Notes under the pieces: model-generated | What the model was told of the DNA's origin: nothing | The model's input: the letters and a program-made list of their open reading frames with translations, nothing else | The model's database searches: none | Program-made: the position numbers and the translations under genes | Part shown: one piece after another, positions 9,991 to 20,843 of the stretch | Layout: each line of letters begins with the position of its first letter | Position numbering within the stretch: the stretch's first letter is position 1 | NCBI GenBank assembly: GCA_052426225.1 | Contig: JBNJNM010000021.1 | Coordinates: 2,170,001-2,234,000, forward strand | DNA length: 64,000 nucleotides | Direction: 5' to 3' | DNA from: Zancudomyces culisetae HAW-14-8 | Lineage: Eukaryota; Fungi; Kickxellomycota

Positions 9991-11424
9991 CAGGTTTTGA
10001 GTTTAGGTGTTTTGTACGATTGCATACATCACAAGAATCTATATATTCTTTTACAGTATTAAACATCTTAGGCCACCAATAAGTACGTGATATAAGTGTT
10101 TGAGTTTTTGCTCTTCCGAAATGACCTGCTATTGGAGAGTCATGGCAAATTTCTAGAATTTTTATTCGAATTGATTCAGGTACGTATATCTTGTTCTTTA
10201 CTTTTAAAATAGAATCTTGAAAACTAACCTGAGAGTTAGGTTTTCCTGATTTTAAAATTAGTTCTTTGGCTAGTATATCGTTATTTATAGTATTCTTAAT
10301 CATTGATATAATATCTTTAGTTTGGTTGGTACTTATAGCGGAAATGTGAATTTTTGGTTTCCAAATAGGTTCAGGTTCTATATTTATTATCCCCTCTTTA
10401 TGCTCACTTTTCCTGGATAGGGCATCTGCCTTTCCGTTTTGGGATCCCGGACGATAAGTTAATACGATATCGAACCTAGTTAAAAATAAAGCCCATCTCG
10501 CTTGCCGTTGGTTTAATATTTTTGCAGACCTAAAATATTCTAAGTTTTTATGGTCAGTTATAACACTTACAGGATACAAAGCACCTTCGAGATGGTGGCG
10601 CCATTGTTCCAATGCACATTTTACTGCAAGTAATTCTTTATCGAATATATGATAATTTTGTTCGGCCGCATTTAAGGTTCTAGAATAATAAGCTACAGGG
10701 TGTGTAACTCCATGATGTTTTTGCGATAACACTGCGCCCAATGCATAATTAGATGCATCACATTCTAGAATAAATTGTTTATACGGATCAGGATGAGTTA
10801 AAACGGGTGCAGTCGTACATAATTCTTTAAGGTTTTCAAAAGCCTCTTGTTGATCCGATCCCCATACAAAGGGTGTATCCTTCTTTAATAATGTCGTTAT
10901 TGGTTTTACCGTTTTAGCAAAGTTGTTTATAAAACTTCTATAAAAGTTTACAAATCCCAAAAATACTTGAATATCTTTTACTGATTTTGGTACCTGCCAT
11001 TCTTTAATTGTTACGATGCGATTTGGGTCCATAATAAGTCCAGCAGGGGTAACTATAAATCCTAAAAATTCAACCCTATCGCGGTCAAATTCACACTTTT
11101 CAAGTTTAACATATAACTTGTTTGCTATAAGTCTTTCCAACACTGTGCGAACATGCGAGGTATGAATTTCGGCGTTTTCAGAAAATATTAATATGTCATC
11201 TAGGTAGACAACCACGTAAAGATCTAGAATATCTCGAAATATATCGTTAACAAATGCCTGAAATGTTGCCGGTGCGTTTGAGAGCCCAAACGGCATAACT
11301 TTATATTCGAAATGTCCATATTGTGTTCGAAATGCCGTTTTCCATTCGTCTCCTTTTCGGATTCGTACCAGATTATAAGCGCCGCGAAGATCGAGTTTTG
11401 TAAATATTTTTGCAGATTGAACGC
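9991..11424 (-). CDS. pol: Element A pol, middle segment: RT, RNase H and integrase zinc-binding domain
   Basis: KLDLRGAYNL, VYLDDIL, ECDASN, DKELLA, CHDS...GHFG...CDVC. Confidence 0.93.
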
Positions 11425-11815
11425 TGTCATGATCCATTCATGACATTATTGCTATTTTTAATATGTTATTAAAAATAGCAAATGTTAATTTTATTAACGT
11501 TTTCTCCGCTTTAATTCTTACTCCATAAATTAATAATTATGGAGTAAGAATTAATAATTTTTAATAATTTGGTTTTACCTTATATTATTAAATGTTAACT
11601 GCGGAGTTGCAGTTAATATTATTTAGTTTAAGTTATAGTTTAAGTATAGTTTTTATAATGTTTTACAATTAATTTTGTATATTGTTAAACTATATAAGGA
11701 CAAGGATTTTATTGCTTTAGGAAACTTTAGCAATAAAATACTTTTCATCTCATAGTATTTTATTAAATAAATCATAGCCAAGTAAACATATAGTACTTAG
11801 TGTCAAGTCGTGACA
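11425..11815 (+). repeat. 5' LTR of element C
   Basis: TGTCA...TGACA; TATATAA at 11691. Confidence 0.96.
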
Positions 11816-11846
11816 TTATTTTATTGCTCTTACACTACCTACTATT

Positions 11847-12737
11847 ATGTCTAAATACCGTGAATTGTTAGCCGAATATCAAAGGCTTAAAGAAGAAAAC
11901 GAGCGATTGAAATCCCAACAATCTGCTCCACCAGATCCGTCAGCATTACAAGAAAAGTCCGCCCAGGCCGCACCAGTACCAATCCCAGTCCAGCCAGCCG
12001 CTGCCCGCATAGCCTTGCCAGAAAGGTATGACGGAGATCGCAGCAACTTCCGTGGTTTTGTAAACCAATGCCGTCTACTGTTCTTTACCCACCCAGACCA
12101 CTACCCGTCCGCCACCAACAAGGTTGGTCTTGTTATGTCCCTTCTCACAGGGAATGCGCTCCGTTGGGCTAGCCCTTACATTGAAAAGGGTAGCCCTGTG
12201 CTCCAGGACTACGAACTCTTTATGAAAGAGTTCGCCAAGGTGTTTGATGACCCTCAACGGTCCCAAACAGCCAATGATGCTATCAGGGCATTGAAACAGG
12301 GCACCTCACCTGTCTCAATGTATGCATCAGAGTTCCGTCGTTTAATGATGGATCTCGACTGGAACGAGTCAGCTCTCGTATCCCAGTTTGCCGAGGGTCT
12401 GAGCGAAGCCGTGCTCGACACCCTTGCGCTATTCCAAACTCCTGATGATTTGGAAGGTTACATCAATGCTGCAATTCTCATTGATGCCAGGTTAACCAGG
12501 CGCAAGGAAGACAAGGCCAGGAGAAAGAGAGGCATTCAGCCATATGTTCAGCCCACCAGTTCTCAGATAGAACCTATGCAGGTGGATTCCGTTCAGCGTG
12601 TCGTCTCTCCAACCGAGAGAGAACGTCGAATGAAACTTGGACTCTGCTATTACTGCGGCGGAGAAGGCCACCAAGTTACCACCTGTCCCGAAAAGCTTAA
12701 GAAAACTAAGCAGGGAAACCACCGGGTTCAGGCTTAA
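11847..12737 (+). CDS. gag: Element C Gag
   Basis: LPERYDGDRS, LKQGTSPVSMYASEF, PMQVD, CYYCGGEGHQVTTC. Confidence 0.95.
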   Translation: MSKYRELLAEYQRLKEENERLKSQQSAPPDPSALQEKSAQAAPVPIPVQPAAARIALPERYDGDRSNFRGFVNQCRLLFFTHPDHYPSATNKVGLVMSLLTGNALRWASPYIEKGSPVLQDYELFMKEFAKVFDDPQRSQTANDAIRALKQGTSPVSMYASEFRRLMMDLDWNESALVSQFAEGLSEAVLDTLALFQTPDDLEGYINAAILIDARLTRRKEDKARRKRGIQPYVQPTSSQIEPMQVDSVQRVVSPTERERRMKLGLCYYCGGEGHQVTTCPEKLKKTKQGNHRVQA

Positions 12738-15700
12738 TTGGGAAGCCAATCCTGAACCAAACCATCCCAACCAAAGACTTCCCCCGTTCCAGATCCTTTG
12801 TCCATCAAGTCAGCAGTATCCGAGACGTCTACAACCCCCATCGTTTTCTTGTCACTGTTTCTTTACTACTCCCAAGTAACGTAAAGTTGCAAATCGTCGC
12901 CATGGTAGATTCAGGTGCTTCTGGTTTGTTCATAAACCAAGGTTTTGTATCTAACCATTCCATTCCATCCATTTCCAAAACAACTCCAATACCTGTGGAG
13001 TTTGTAGATGGTACTCCAATGTCTGCCGGTCCAATCACACACCAAACTGTCCCGCTCAAAATCAAGATTGGAGTTCACCAAGAAGTAGCCACGTTTGAAA
13101 TCATAAACTCCCACCATGTTGACATGATTTTAGGACTTCCGTGGCTTGAACTCCATGAACCCACTATCAATTGGAAGAAGAGATTAATTCATTTTGATAA
13201 TGCATATTGCCAAAAACACTGCAACATCAAAAGGTTCTCAACTCAAAGATCCAATCAAACGATTATCAAGACTAATACCTCAGTCATGTCAAGACAAGCA
13301 CCAGGACCAGGACCAGGACCAGCACTAATTAGCCAGAATAACCTCAGCCAAGAAACCCAAAGTCAGGAAACTAACAACCAGGAAAACCTTGTTAAAAATA
13401 ACCACAGTCAGACTATCCATTGCCAAAGTAACCACAGCCAGGAAAATTTAAACCAGGAGACTAACCACAGCCAGGAAAACCATAGCCAGGAAAATACTTA
13501 CAATAGCCAGGAAATTACTGTCAATAGCCAGGAAAACTTAAACCAGGATCCCCATAACCAAGTACACAACCAAGAAGTCATTGAGTCAGTGCAGGATCAA
13601 GAATCCACCTCATATTCTGAAAATGATGATAAAATTTCTGATCCAGAATATGAAACAGATTTAGATTATGAACTTGAATCAGTGTATTCGTTGGATTCTG
13701 AGCTGTACTTCTCACCAAGTTCCGATATCAGCGACATCTCAATTCAAAGTGCCGACTCTGAAAATAGTATTCAGAGTGCTGATATGGAAACCTTTGAAGA
13801 GTTACGCCCGATGACTCCACCACCAGCTGATCCGGTTGAACCAATTCGCAAACGTTCTTGTGATATTGAGTTCCAACAAAAGGTGCCTATCAAAAAGTTA
13901 AAACACTCTGTTTATCATTTGATAGGCATGATAAATCAAGCTAAACCTCTATCACTACCTCTTGATTCCTTAACTGCTACTATTCCAAGTAAATATCAAG
14001 ACCTCAGCCAAGCTTTTGACAAACAAAAGGCCGATACTCTACCTCCTCATCGCCCTTACGACTGCCCAATTGATCTGTTACCTGATGCCGCCTTACCATA
14101 TGGACCAATTTATCCACTTGCACCAAAGGAGCGAACAGCGCTTAAAGAGTACATCGATGAAAACCTTGCAAAAGGTTTCATAGTCCGCTCGAAATCACCT
14201 GCTGGAGCCCCTGTATTCTTCACAGGTAAAAAAGATGGCTCTTTAAGACTAGTTGTGGACTACAGGGCTCTAAACAAAGTCGTTAAACGTAACCGGTATC
14301 CTTTACCGTTGATGACTGAGCTACTGGAACGAGTTCAATCTGCCAAAATCTTCACCAAACTTGATCTGCGTGGCGCGTACAATCTGGTACGCATAAGGAA
14401 AGGCGATGAAGAAAAAACGGCTTTCCGAACACAGTATGGTCAGTTTGAGTACAAAGTTATGCCATTCGGTCTGGCTAATGCTCCTGGAACCTTTCAATCA
14501 TTTGTCAATGACGTTTTTCGTGATATCCTAGACGTCTATGTTGTCATATACCTTGATGACATTCTGGTATTTTCTGCAACACCTGAAGAACATACTATCC
14601 ATGTTCGTACTGTTTTAGAAAGACTGATTACTCACAAACTCTACGCCAAACTTGAAAAGTGTGAGTTTGACCAAGAAAGAGTAGAGTTTTTAGGCTTCAT
14701 AATCACACCTGCAGGCCTAGTCATGGATCCGTCTCGAGTATCTGCAATATTGGATTGGGATACACCAAAATCAGTCAAGGACATCCAATCCTTCCTTGAA
14801 TTTGTTAACTTCTATCGCCGTTTTATCCAAGACTTCTCACGTATTGTAACTCCGATTACCTCCTTACTCAAGAAAAATGCCCAGTTTATCTGGGGCTCAG
14901 CACAACAATCTGCGTTTGAAAATCTCAAGGAACAATGTACCACAGCTCCCGTTCTCTCACATCCTGACCCAGAAACCCAGTTTCTCCTCGAATGTGATGC
15001 ATCCAACTTTGCTCTAGGAGCTGTGTTATCTCAGAAAATCAATGGTGAAACTCATCCTGTAGCTTTCTATTCCCGAACGCTGAATCCTGCTGAAAGAAAC
15101 TACCACATCTATGACAAGGAACTTCTAGCCATCAAATGTGCCCTCGAGCAGTGGCGACATCATCTAGAAGGTGCCTCTCATCCGGTTTTGGTCATCACCG
15201 ACCACAAGAATCTTGAGTATTTCCGCTCCGCCAAGATTCTAAATCAGCGTCAAGCAAGATGGGCCCTGTTTCTAACCCGGTTTGATATCGAGCTTACTTA
15301 CCGTCCAGGATCACAAAACGGTAAAGCAGATGCTCTATCTAGGAAGGATGAGCATAAGGAGGGGGTGAATCTTGAGGATAGACCTATCTGGCAACCCAAG
15401 TTTGTAATTGCAGCTATTGATACCAGCCAGACTAGTGATATCATTTCTCAAATCAAAGCAATTACTGAATCTGATACTCAAGCTCAAGAATTTCTAAACA
15501 ACTCAAAAGTCTCCTGTTCTGATAATATCTTATTGTACAACGATAGGATGTTTGTTCCTGAATCACTGCGTCTTCAAGTTCTTGCCATGTGTCATGACTC
15601 ACTGCCAGCTGGTCATTTTGGCCACGCTAAAACCATGTCCTTGGTTTCACGTCAGTTCTGGTGGCCAAACATGAAAGCCACAATAAAAGACTACATTGAC

Positions 15701-16849
15701 TCTTGCGATACCTGCAACCGAGCAAAACACATCTCTACTAAGCCATCAGGACTCTTAATGCCATTGAATACTCCCAATCGTCCTTGGGAATCAGTATCAA
15801 TGGATTTCATTGTGGAACTACCACGTTCACAGGGCAACACTGTTGTACTGGTTGTTGTGGATCGCCTCACCAAGATGGCTCATTTCATCCCTCTCAAAAG
15901 TACACCATCTGCTTCTGTTACTGCCTCAAGTTTTATGGATAATGTATTCAAATTACATGGACTTCCCAACAGCATTGTCTCCGATCGTGGTCCACAGTTT
16001 GTATCCAAGTTTTGGACCGAACTCTCTCGACTTCTAAACATCAAACTTCATCACTCTACTGCATACCACCCACAATCTGATGGTCAGACAGAACGCATCA
16101 ATCAAATACTTGAACAGTATTTGAGGTGTTTTGTTAACTATCAACAAGATAATTGGTGTCAGTTGCTTCCAATGGCTGAGTTTGCTTACAACAATGCAAC
16201 TCACGCTAGTACCAAGGTTAGTCCATTTCATGCTAATTATGGGTATGATCCCCAGTTTATTATTAGCCACCTCAATGATTCCAATGTACCAAGTGCTCAG
16301 GAGTTTGCTAGTCATCTGCAAACTATTCAAACTGAGTTAAAACTACACCTAAGTAGGGCCAAGGAGAACTACAAGAGGTTTGCTGATCGCAAAAGAAAGC
16401 CTCAAGTTGTTTTCACTCCAGGAGATAAGGTTTGGTTGTCTCAAACTAATCTTAAAACCATGAGACCATCTCAAAAACTGGATTTCAAATACATCGGACC
16501 ATTTGAAATCATTGAGATGGTTAACCCAGTAGCTGCAAGACTCAAACTTCCTGCAACCATGAGAATACACCCTGTATTTCATGTATCACTCTTGAAACCA
16601 TACAAGGCCACAGAAACGTTTAACCGTATTCAAGAACTACCACCTCCACCTGTTATTGTTGATAACCAAGAAGAGTACGAAGTAGCTGCTATACTCGACT
16701 CTAAAATATCCAAAGGTAAATTGAAATATCTAATCGACTGGAAAGGATACGCACCTGAGGATAGAACATGGGAAGACGCATCAGATGTTCACGCCCTTGA
16801 AATTGTAGCCGACTTCCACAACCAATATCCGAATAAGCCAGGTCCTTGA
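12713..16849 (+). CDS. pol: Element C Pol (protease-spacer-RT-RNase H-integrase-chromodomain), -1 frame relative to gag
   Basis: Frame is open from slippery site GGGAAAC (12713-12719); MVDSGA, YLDD, CDASN, HHCC, DDE, GPF, chromodomain. Confidence 0.95.
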   Translation, partial: GKPPGSGLIGKPILNQTIPTKDFPRSRSFVHQVSSIRDVYNPHRFLVTVSLLLPSNVKLQIVAMVDSGASGLFINQGFVSNHSIPSISKTTPIPVEFVDGTPMSAGPITHQTVPLKIKIGVHQEVATFEIINSHHVDMILGLPWLELHEPTINWKKRLIHFDNAYCQKHCNIKRFSTQRSNQTIIKTNTSVMSRQAPGPGPGPALISQNNLSQETQSQETNNQENLVKNNHSQTIHCQSNHSQENLNQETNHSQENHSQENTYNSQEITVNSQENLNQDPHNQVHNQEVIESVQDQESTSYSENDDKISDPEYETDLDYELESVYSLDSELYFSPSSDISDISIQSADSENSIQSADMETFEELRPMTPPPADPVEPIRKRSCDIEFQQKVPIKKLKHSVYHLIGMINQAKPLSLPLDSLTATIPSKYQDLSQAFDKQKADTLPPHRPYDCPIDLLPDAALPYGPIYPLAPKERTALKEYIDENLAKGFIVRSKSPAGAPVFFTGKKDGSLRLVVDYRALNKVVKRNRYPLPLMTELLERVQSAKIFTKLDLRGAYNLVRIRKGDEEKTAFRTQYGQFEYKVMPFGLANAPGTFQSFVNDVFRDILDVYVVIYLDDILVFSATPEEHTIHVRTVLERLITHKLYAKLEKCEFDQERVEFLGFIITPAGLVMDPSRVSAILDWDTPKSVKDIQSFLEFVNFYRRFIQDFSRIVTPITSLLKKNAQFIWGSAQQSAFENLKEQCTTAPVLSHPDPETQFLLECDASNFALGAVLSQKINGETHPVAFYSRTLNPAERNYHIYDKELLAIKCALEQWRHHLEGASHPVLVITDHKNLEYFRSAKILNQRQARWALFLTRFDIELTYRPGSQNGKADALSRKDEHKEGVNLEDRPIWQPKFVIAAIDTSQTSDIISQIKAITESDTQAQEFLNNSKVSCSDNILLYNDRMFVPESLRLQVLAMCHDSLPAGHFGHAKTMSLVSRQFWWPNMKATIKDYIDSCDTCNRAKHISTKPSGLLMPLNTPNRPWESVSMDFIVELPRSQGNTVVLVVVDRLTKMAHFIPLKSTPSASVTASSFMDNVFKLHGLPNSIVSDRGPQFVSKFWTELSRLLNIKLHHSTAYHPQSDGQTERINQILEQYLRCFVNYQQDNWCQLLPMAEFAYNNATHASTKVSPFHANYGYDPQFIISHLNDSNVPSAQEFASHLQTIQTELKLHLSRAKENYKRFADRKRKPQVVFTPGDKVWLSQTNLKTMRPSQKLDFKYIGPFEIIEMVNPVAARLKLPATMRIHPVFHVSLLKPYKATETFNRIQELPPPPVIVDNQEEYEVAAILDSKISKGKLKYLIDWKGYAPEDRTWEDASDVHALEIVADFHNQYPNKPGP

Positions 16850-16870
16850 GTAGGCATTAGAGGGGAGTGA

Positions 16871-17261
16871 TGTCATGATCCATTCATGACATTATTGCTA
16901 TTTTTAATATGTTATTAAAAATAGCAAATGTTAATTTTATTAACGTTTTATCCGCTTTAATTCTTACTCCATAAATTAATAATTATGGAGTAAGAATTAA
17001 TAATTTTTAATAATTTGGTTTTACCCCATATTATTAAATGTTAACTGCGGAGTTGCAGTTAATATTATTTAGTTTAAGTTATAGTTTAAGTATAGTTTTT
17101 ATAATGTTTTACAATTAATTTTGTATATTGTTAAACTATATAAGGACAAGGATTTTATTGCTTTAGGAAACTTTAGCAATAAAATACTTTTCATCTCATA
17201 GTATTTTATTAAATAAATCATAGCCAAGTAAACATATAGTACTTAGTGTCAAGTCGTGACA
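16871..17261 (+). repeat. 3' LTR of element C
   Basis: Matches 11425-11815 except 3 positions. Confidence 0.96.
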
Positions 17262-18095
17262 AACGCGTTCTAATAATTCTGACATTAATGGAAGTGCATA
17301 TCTATTTCTTTTAGCTACTTTGTTTAATTCACGGTAATCTACGACTAGACGCAGAGATCCATCTTTTTTCCCTGTAAAGAACACTGGTGCTGCAGCGGAT
17401 GATATAGAACGAACAATAAACCCCTTGGCAAGGTTCTCATCTATATATTCTTTTAACACTTTTCGTTCGTTTAGAGATAAAGGATAAATTGTACCATAAG
17501 GAATTTTAGCATTAGGAATGAGATCTATTGAACAATCATATTGTCTATGGGGTGGTAAGGTGTCGGCTTTCTGTTTATCAAAGGCTTGCCTAAGATCATA
17601 ATATTTTTCAGGAATTGAAACCATCACTTGTGAACATGGTTGTGTTGGTTTAGCCTGACTAATTAACCCTATTAAATGGTTCATAATTCTAGGCTTTTTA
17701 AATGTATTTTCATCAATGCTTTCCAATTCTATCTCTCTTTTCCTAAATGGCTCTACTGGATCAGCTGGAGGTGGTGTACGTGGTATAATAATTTTATTTT
17801 GTTGATATTGTTCATTTTCGTTACTGTAGTTCATCTCTTCTTCCATTACAGATAATAATTCTTTATCCGTAACAGAATTATAATAACTTTGATTTTTTAG
17901 AAAATCTTCAATATCAACATCTTTATCAGGATTAAATTCAAGATCGATGTAAGCGTTTAGATCACTACAGCTAGATAGTGATTGAATTTCCAAGTTAGAA
18001 TAAGTTTTGGCTTGGGAATGATTTTCTGAATTTAAAATTGATTTTTGGATATTATGTGAATTAGAAAGGCTTTGATTCAAGAAAATGGAGTTAAA

Positions 18096-18132
<37 letters not shown>

Positions 18133-18974
18133 GACTGTGACTGTTGCTGTGACTGTTGCTCTTGCCGTTGCTGTGACTGTGACTGTTGCTGTGACTGTTG
18201 CTGTTGCTGTTGCTGTTGCTGTTGTTGTATCATCGGCTGTAATTTATGCTCTTTAAATGATTTTGACTGTGGCTGTGATGGTAATATAGGCTGTGATTGT
18301 ATCAAGGGCTGTGATTTTTGTCGTGGTATTTCCTGTGACGTTAAAATGGGAAAGATATAGGGGGTGGGTATTGTATTTTTTTTTTCATTTTTAACTTTTG
18401 TTTTTACTTGTTTTATATTATTACTTTGTAATTTAATGTGATGTTTCGCATTTTCCTTGCAATTGGTACTACAATAATAGTTATTAAATATAACCTTGCG
18501 GGTTTTCCAAATAATTGTTGGATTATGTAGTTCAAGCCACGGGAGACCCAAGATAATATCAGCATGATGGCAGTTAATAATTTCAAAGACGATGGTTTCA
18601 AAATGATTATTATTTATTGAAAGTTCAAGAGGTACTGTGGTATGTGTTATTGGACCTGATGTCATAGAACTTCCATCAATGAATTCAATTGAAACAGGAA
18701 TTCTCTTTGGTATAGTATTTATATTATTTTGGTTTACAATGGATTTGTTGATGAATAAACCTGATGCGCCAGAGTCTATCATTGCTAATAATTTGACGGA
18801 TGTGTTGTTGAACATAATTTTTATGGGCAGCAGGAAACGATAAGGATGTATGTTGGAATTAAGTGTTCCAATTATATTTTGTGAATTATAAGAGAAAGAA
18901 TTAGGAATACTGTTAAAATTATCTACCTTGTTCAGGTTTAACTTCCCAATTAAACCTGAACCTTGGCTTTTCCC
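17262..18974 (-). CDS. pol: Element A pol, 5' segment: protease, polyQ/SQ spacer, start of RT
   Basis: MIDSGA, IILGLPWL, polyQ tract, LRLVVDYRELN; ends at ELLERV and continues as QSAKIF beyond element C. Confidence 0.92.
18097..18226 (-). repeat. CAG/CAA-type microsatellite encoding a polyQ/SQ tract in Pol of A
   Basis: (TGCTGT)n and TGTGAC units on the plus strand. Confidence 0.9.
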
Positions 18975-19909
18975 AGTTTTTTATTCTTTGCTGGACAGGT
19001 GTTAACTTGATGTCCTTCGCTACCACAATAGAAACAAAGATTGAGTTTGTTCCTTCTCTCCCTTTCTGCTTGTGTTACTGTACGTTGAGCTGAATCCACT
19101 TGCATGTATTCGGTTTTTTCAGTAATGGGAATGGTCGAAATTATCCTCTGGGTGCCTCTGCGTTTTCTCAGTTTTTCTTCCTTACGTCGAGTGAGTCTCG
19201 CATCAACTGTAATAGCGGCATTTATGTATCCTTCTAAGTCAGTAGGCGTTTGGAATAATGCTAAGGTGTCTAATACCGATTCGTTTAATCCTTCGGAAAA
19301 TTGTGATACGCAGGCAGCTTCATTCCAGTCGAGATCCATGATTAACCTACGGAATTCTGAAGCATACATGGTTACTGAAGAATCACCTTGTTTTAGTGCT
19401 CTTATAGCATCATTTGCTGTTTGGGCACGTTGTGGATCATCAAATACTTTTGCAAATTCTTCCATGAATAGATCGAAATTATGTAACACAGGACTATTTT
19501 TTTCGATGTATGGACTTGCCCAACGTAATGCATTGCCTGTAAGAAGAGACATAATAAGTCCAACTTTATTAGCCGAAGAAGGATAATGGCCAGGTTGTGT
19601 AAAGAATACGAGGCGACACTGATTGATAAATCCTCTAAATTTGGTACGGTCACCATCATAACGTTCAGGTAGAGCTATCTTAACAGGCTGAGTATGGATG
19701 GTGGTTGACAATAGATTAGGATCTGTTACTGCAGCTGGTTCTGGTATTGCAACATGGTCTGGTGTTATGGCTGGGTCTGAATTTTGTGTTAGATGGTTTT
19801 CTACGAGTTGAGCTTGATTTGCAATGATTGTTTGCAGTCTTTCGTTATCCTCTCTTAATCTTTCCAATTCGATTAAGAGTTGTTCGAGGTTTATTTCTTG
19901 TGTAGACAT
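18950..19909 (-). CDS. gag: Element A Gag
   Basis: LPERYDGDRTKFRGF, LKQGDSSVTMYASEF, CFYCGSEGHQVNTC; closely similar to Gag of C. Confidence 0.95.
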   Translation of the reverse strand: MSTQEINLEQLLIELERLREDNERLQTIIANQAQLVENHLTQNSDPAITPDHVAIPEPAAVTDPNLLSTTIHTQPVKIALPERYDGDRTKFRGFINQCRLVFFTQPGHYPSSANKVGLIMSLLTGNALRWASPYIEKNSPVLHNFDLFMEEFAKVFDDPQRAQTANDAIRALKQGDSSVTMYASEFRRLIMDLDWNEAACVSQFSEGLNESVLDTLALFQTPTDLEGYINAAITVDARLTRRKEEKLRKRRGTQRIISTIPITEKTEYMQVDSAQRTVTQAERERRNKLNLCFYCGSEGHQVNTCPAKNKKLGKAKVQV

Positions 19910-19943
19910 GATATAGTAGGTAGTGATAATAGCGATAAAATAA

Positions 19944-20255
19944 TGTCACGATTGACACTAGGTACTATTGTTGCTTGAAAATATTTTATTTAGGATAAGA
20001 TAATATTTTATCGCTAAGGATTTCATAGCGAAAAAATATTACTTTATATATTCAATAATATTACTAATAAAAGCATGTACTAATATTATAATTAACTATT
20101 GTAAGATTAATGTTATAATTATAATTATGGTTTTGTGTTAGTATCATTACTTAAGTAAATAATTAAAACAACAAAATGTTTAAATTAAAATGAGTGTTTT
20201 GAATCAGTATTGTAACAATACTAATTCAAAATCTTTTCATGTCATATTCATGACA
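19944..20255 (-). repeat. 5' LTR of element A
   Basis: Matches 2681-2992. Confidence 0.95.
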
Positions 20256-20843
20256 CTTTTGACTTTACTAGATCTTTGTTAATTTATACATACATTTTGT
20301 TTTAACTATATATTTTTTACAGTACAATTTAGTTATGCTGCATCCAACAGGCTTTGGCTCACCATAGCAGTTGTTATTCAACTCTACCGAAAATCATAAA
20401 CTTATCATCTAACATTTTGTTTATCATTGCTTCAAACAGTTTTAAAAAAACATTTTATGATTTATTCCGTTATCCTACTTTGTCGAACTATATTAGACTA
20501 GCCTACTAAAGAGTTACCATTCAGCCATCTCTTCAACTCAAAATATCAATACTCCGAAAATGTTAGAAACTGGACTATCCAATATTAATGTTCTATCATT
20601 CAATTATTGAATTATAAACTGCAGTTCTTGGGTAATCACTTTATTTTTGCATAACAGAACATAGTGTATAATTCATTTAACGTTCAACACCAATGTACAA
20701 TCAACTACAATATCTGAGGACAGTTTTTTTTGTTTGATGAATCTATTAAATAAATATCACATAAAACTACAAAAAACAATCCTATAAAATATCTACCTAA
20801 AAAATTCCCTCTGTCCCTCTAGGGACTCCATACCCACCAGGCG

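Larger units (their letters stand above)
11425..17261 (+). mobile_element. Ty3/Gypsy chromovirus LTR retrotransposon C, full length, nested in pol of A (close relative of A)
   Basis: 391-bp LTRs 11425-11815 and 16871-17261 (3 mismatches); 5-bp TSD AACGC (11420-11424, 17262-17266); PPT AGAGGGGAG at 16859-16867. Confidence 0.97.
2681..20255 (-). mobile_element. Ty3/Gypsy chromovirus LTR retrotransposon A (host of nested elements B and C)
   Basis: 312-bp LTRs at 2681-2992 and 19944-20255 (TGTCA...TGACA, 1 mismatch); flanking CTTT duplication; PPT AAGAGGGAG next to the 3' LTR; gag and pol pieces rejoin in frame when B and C are removed. Confidence 0.95.

Noticed and set aside
18085-18360. Poly-Cys ORF resembling a metallothionein
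   Set aside because: Antisense reading of the polyQ microsatellite in Pol of element A
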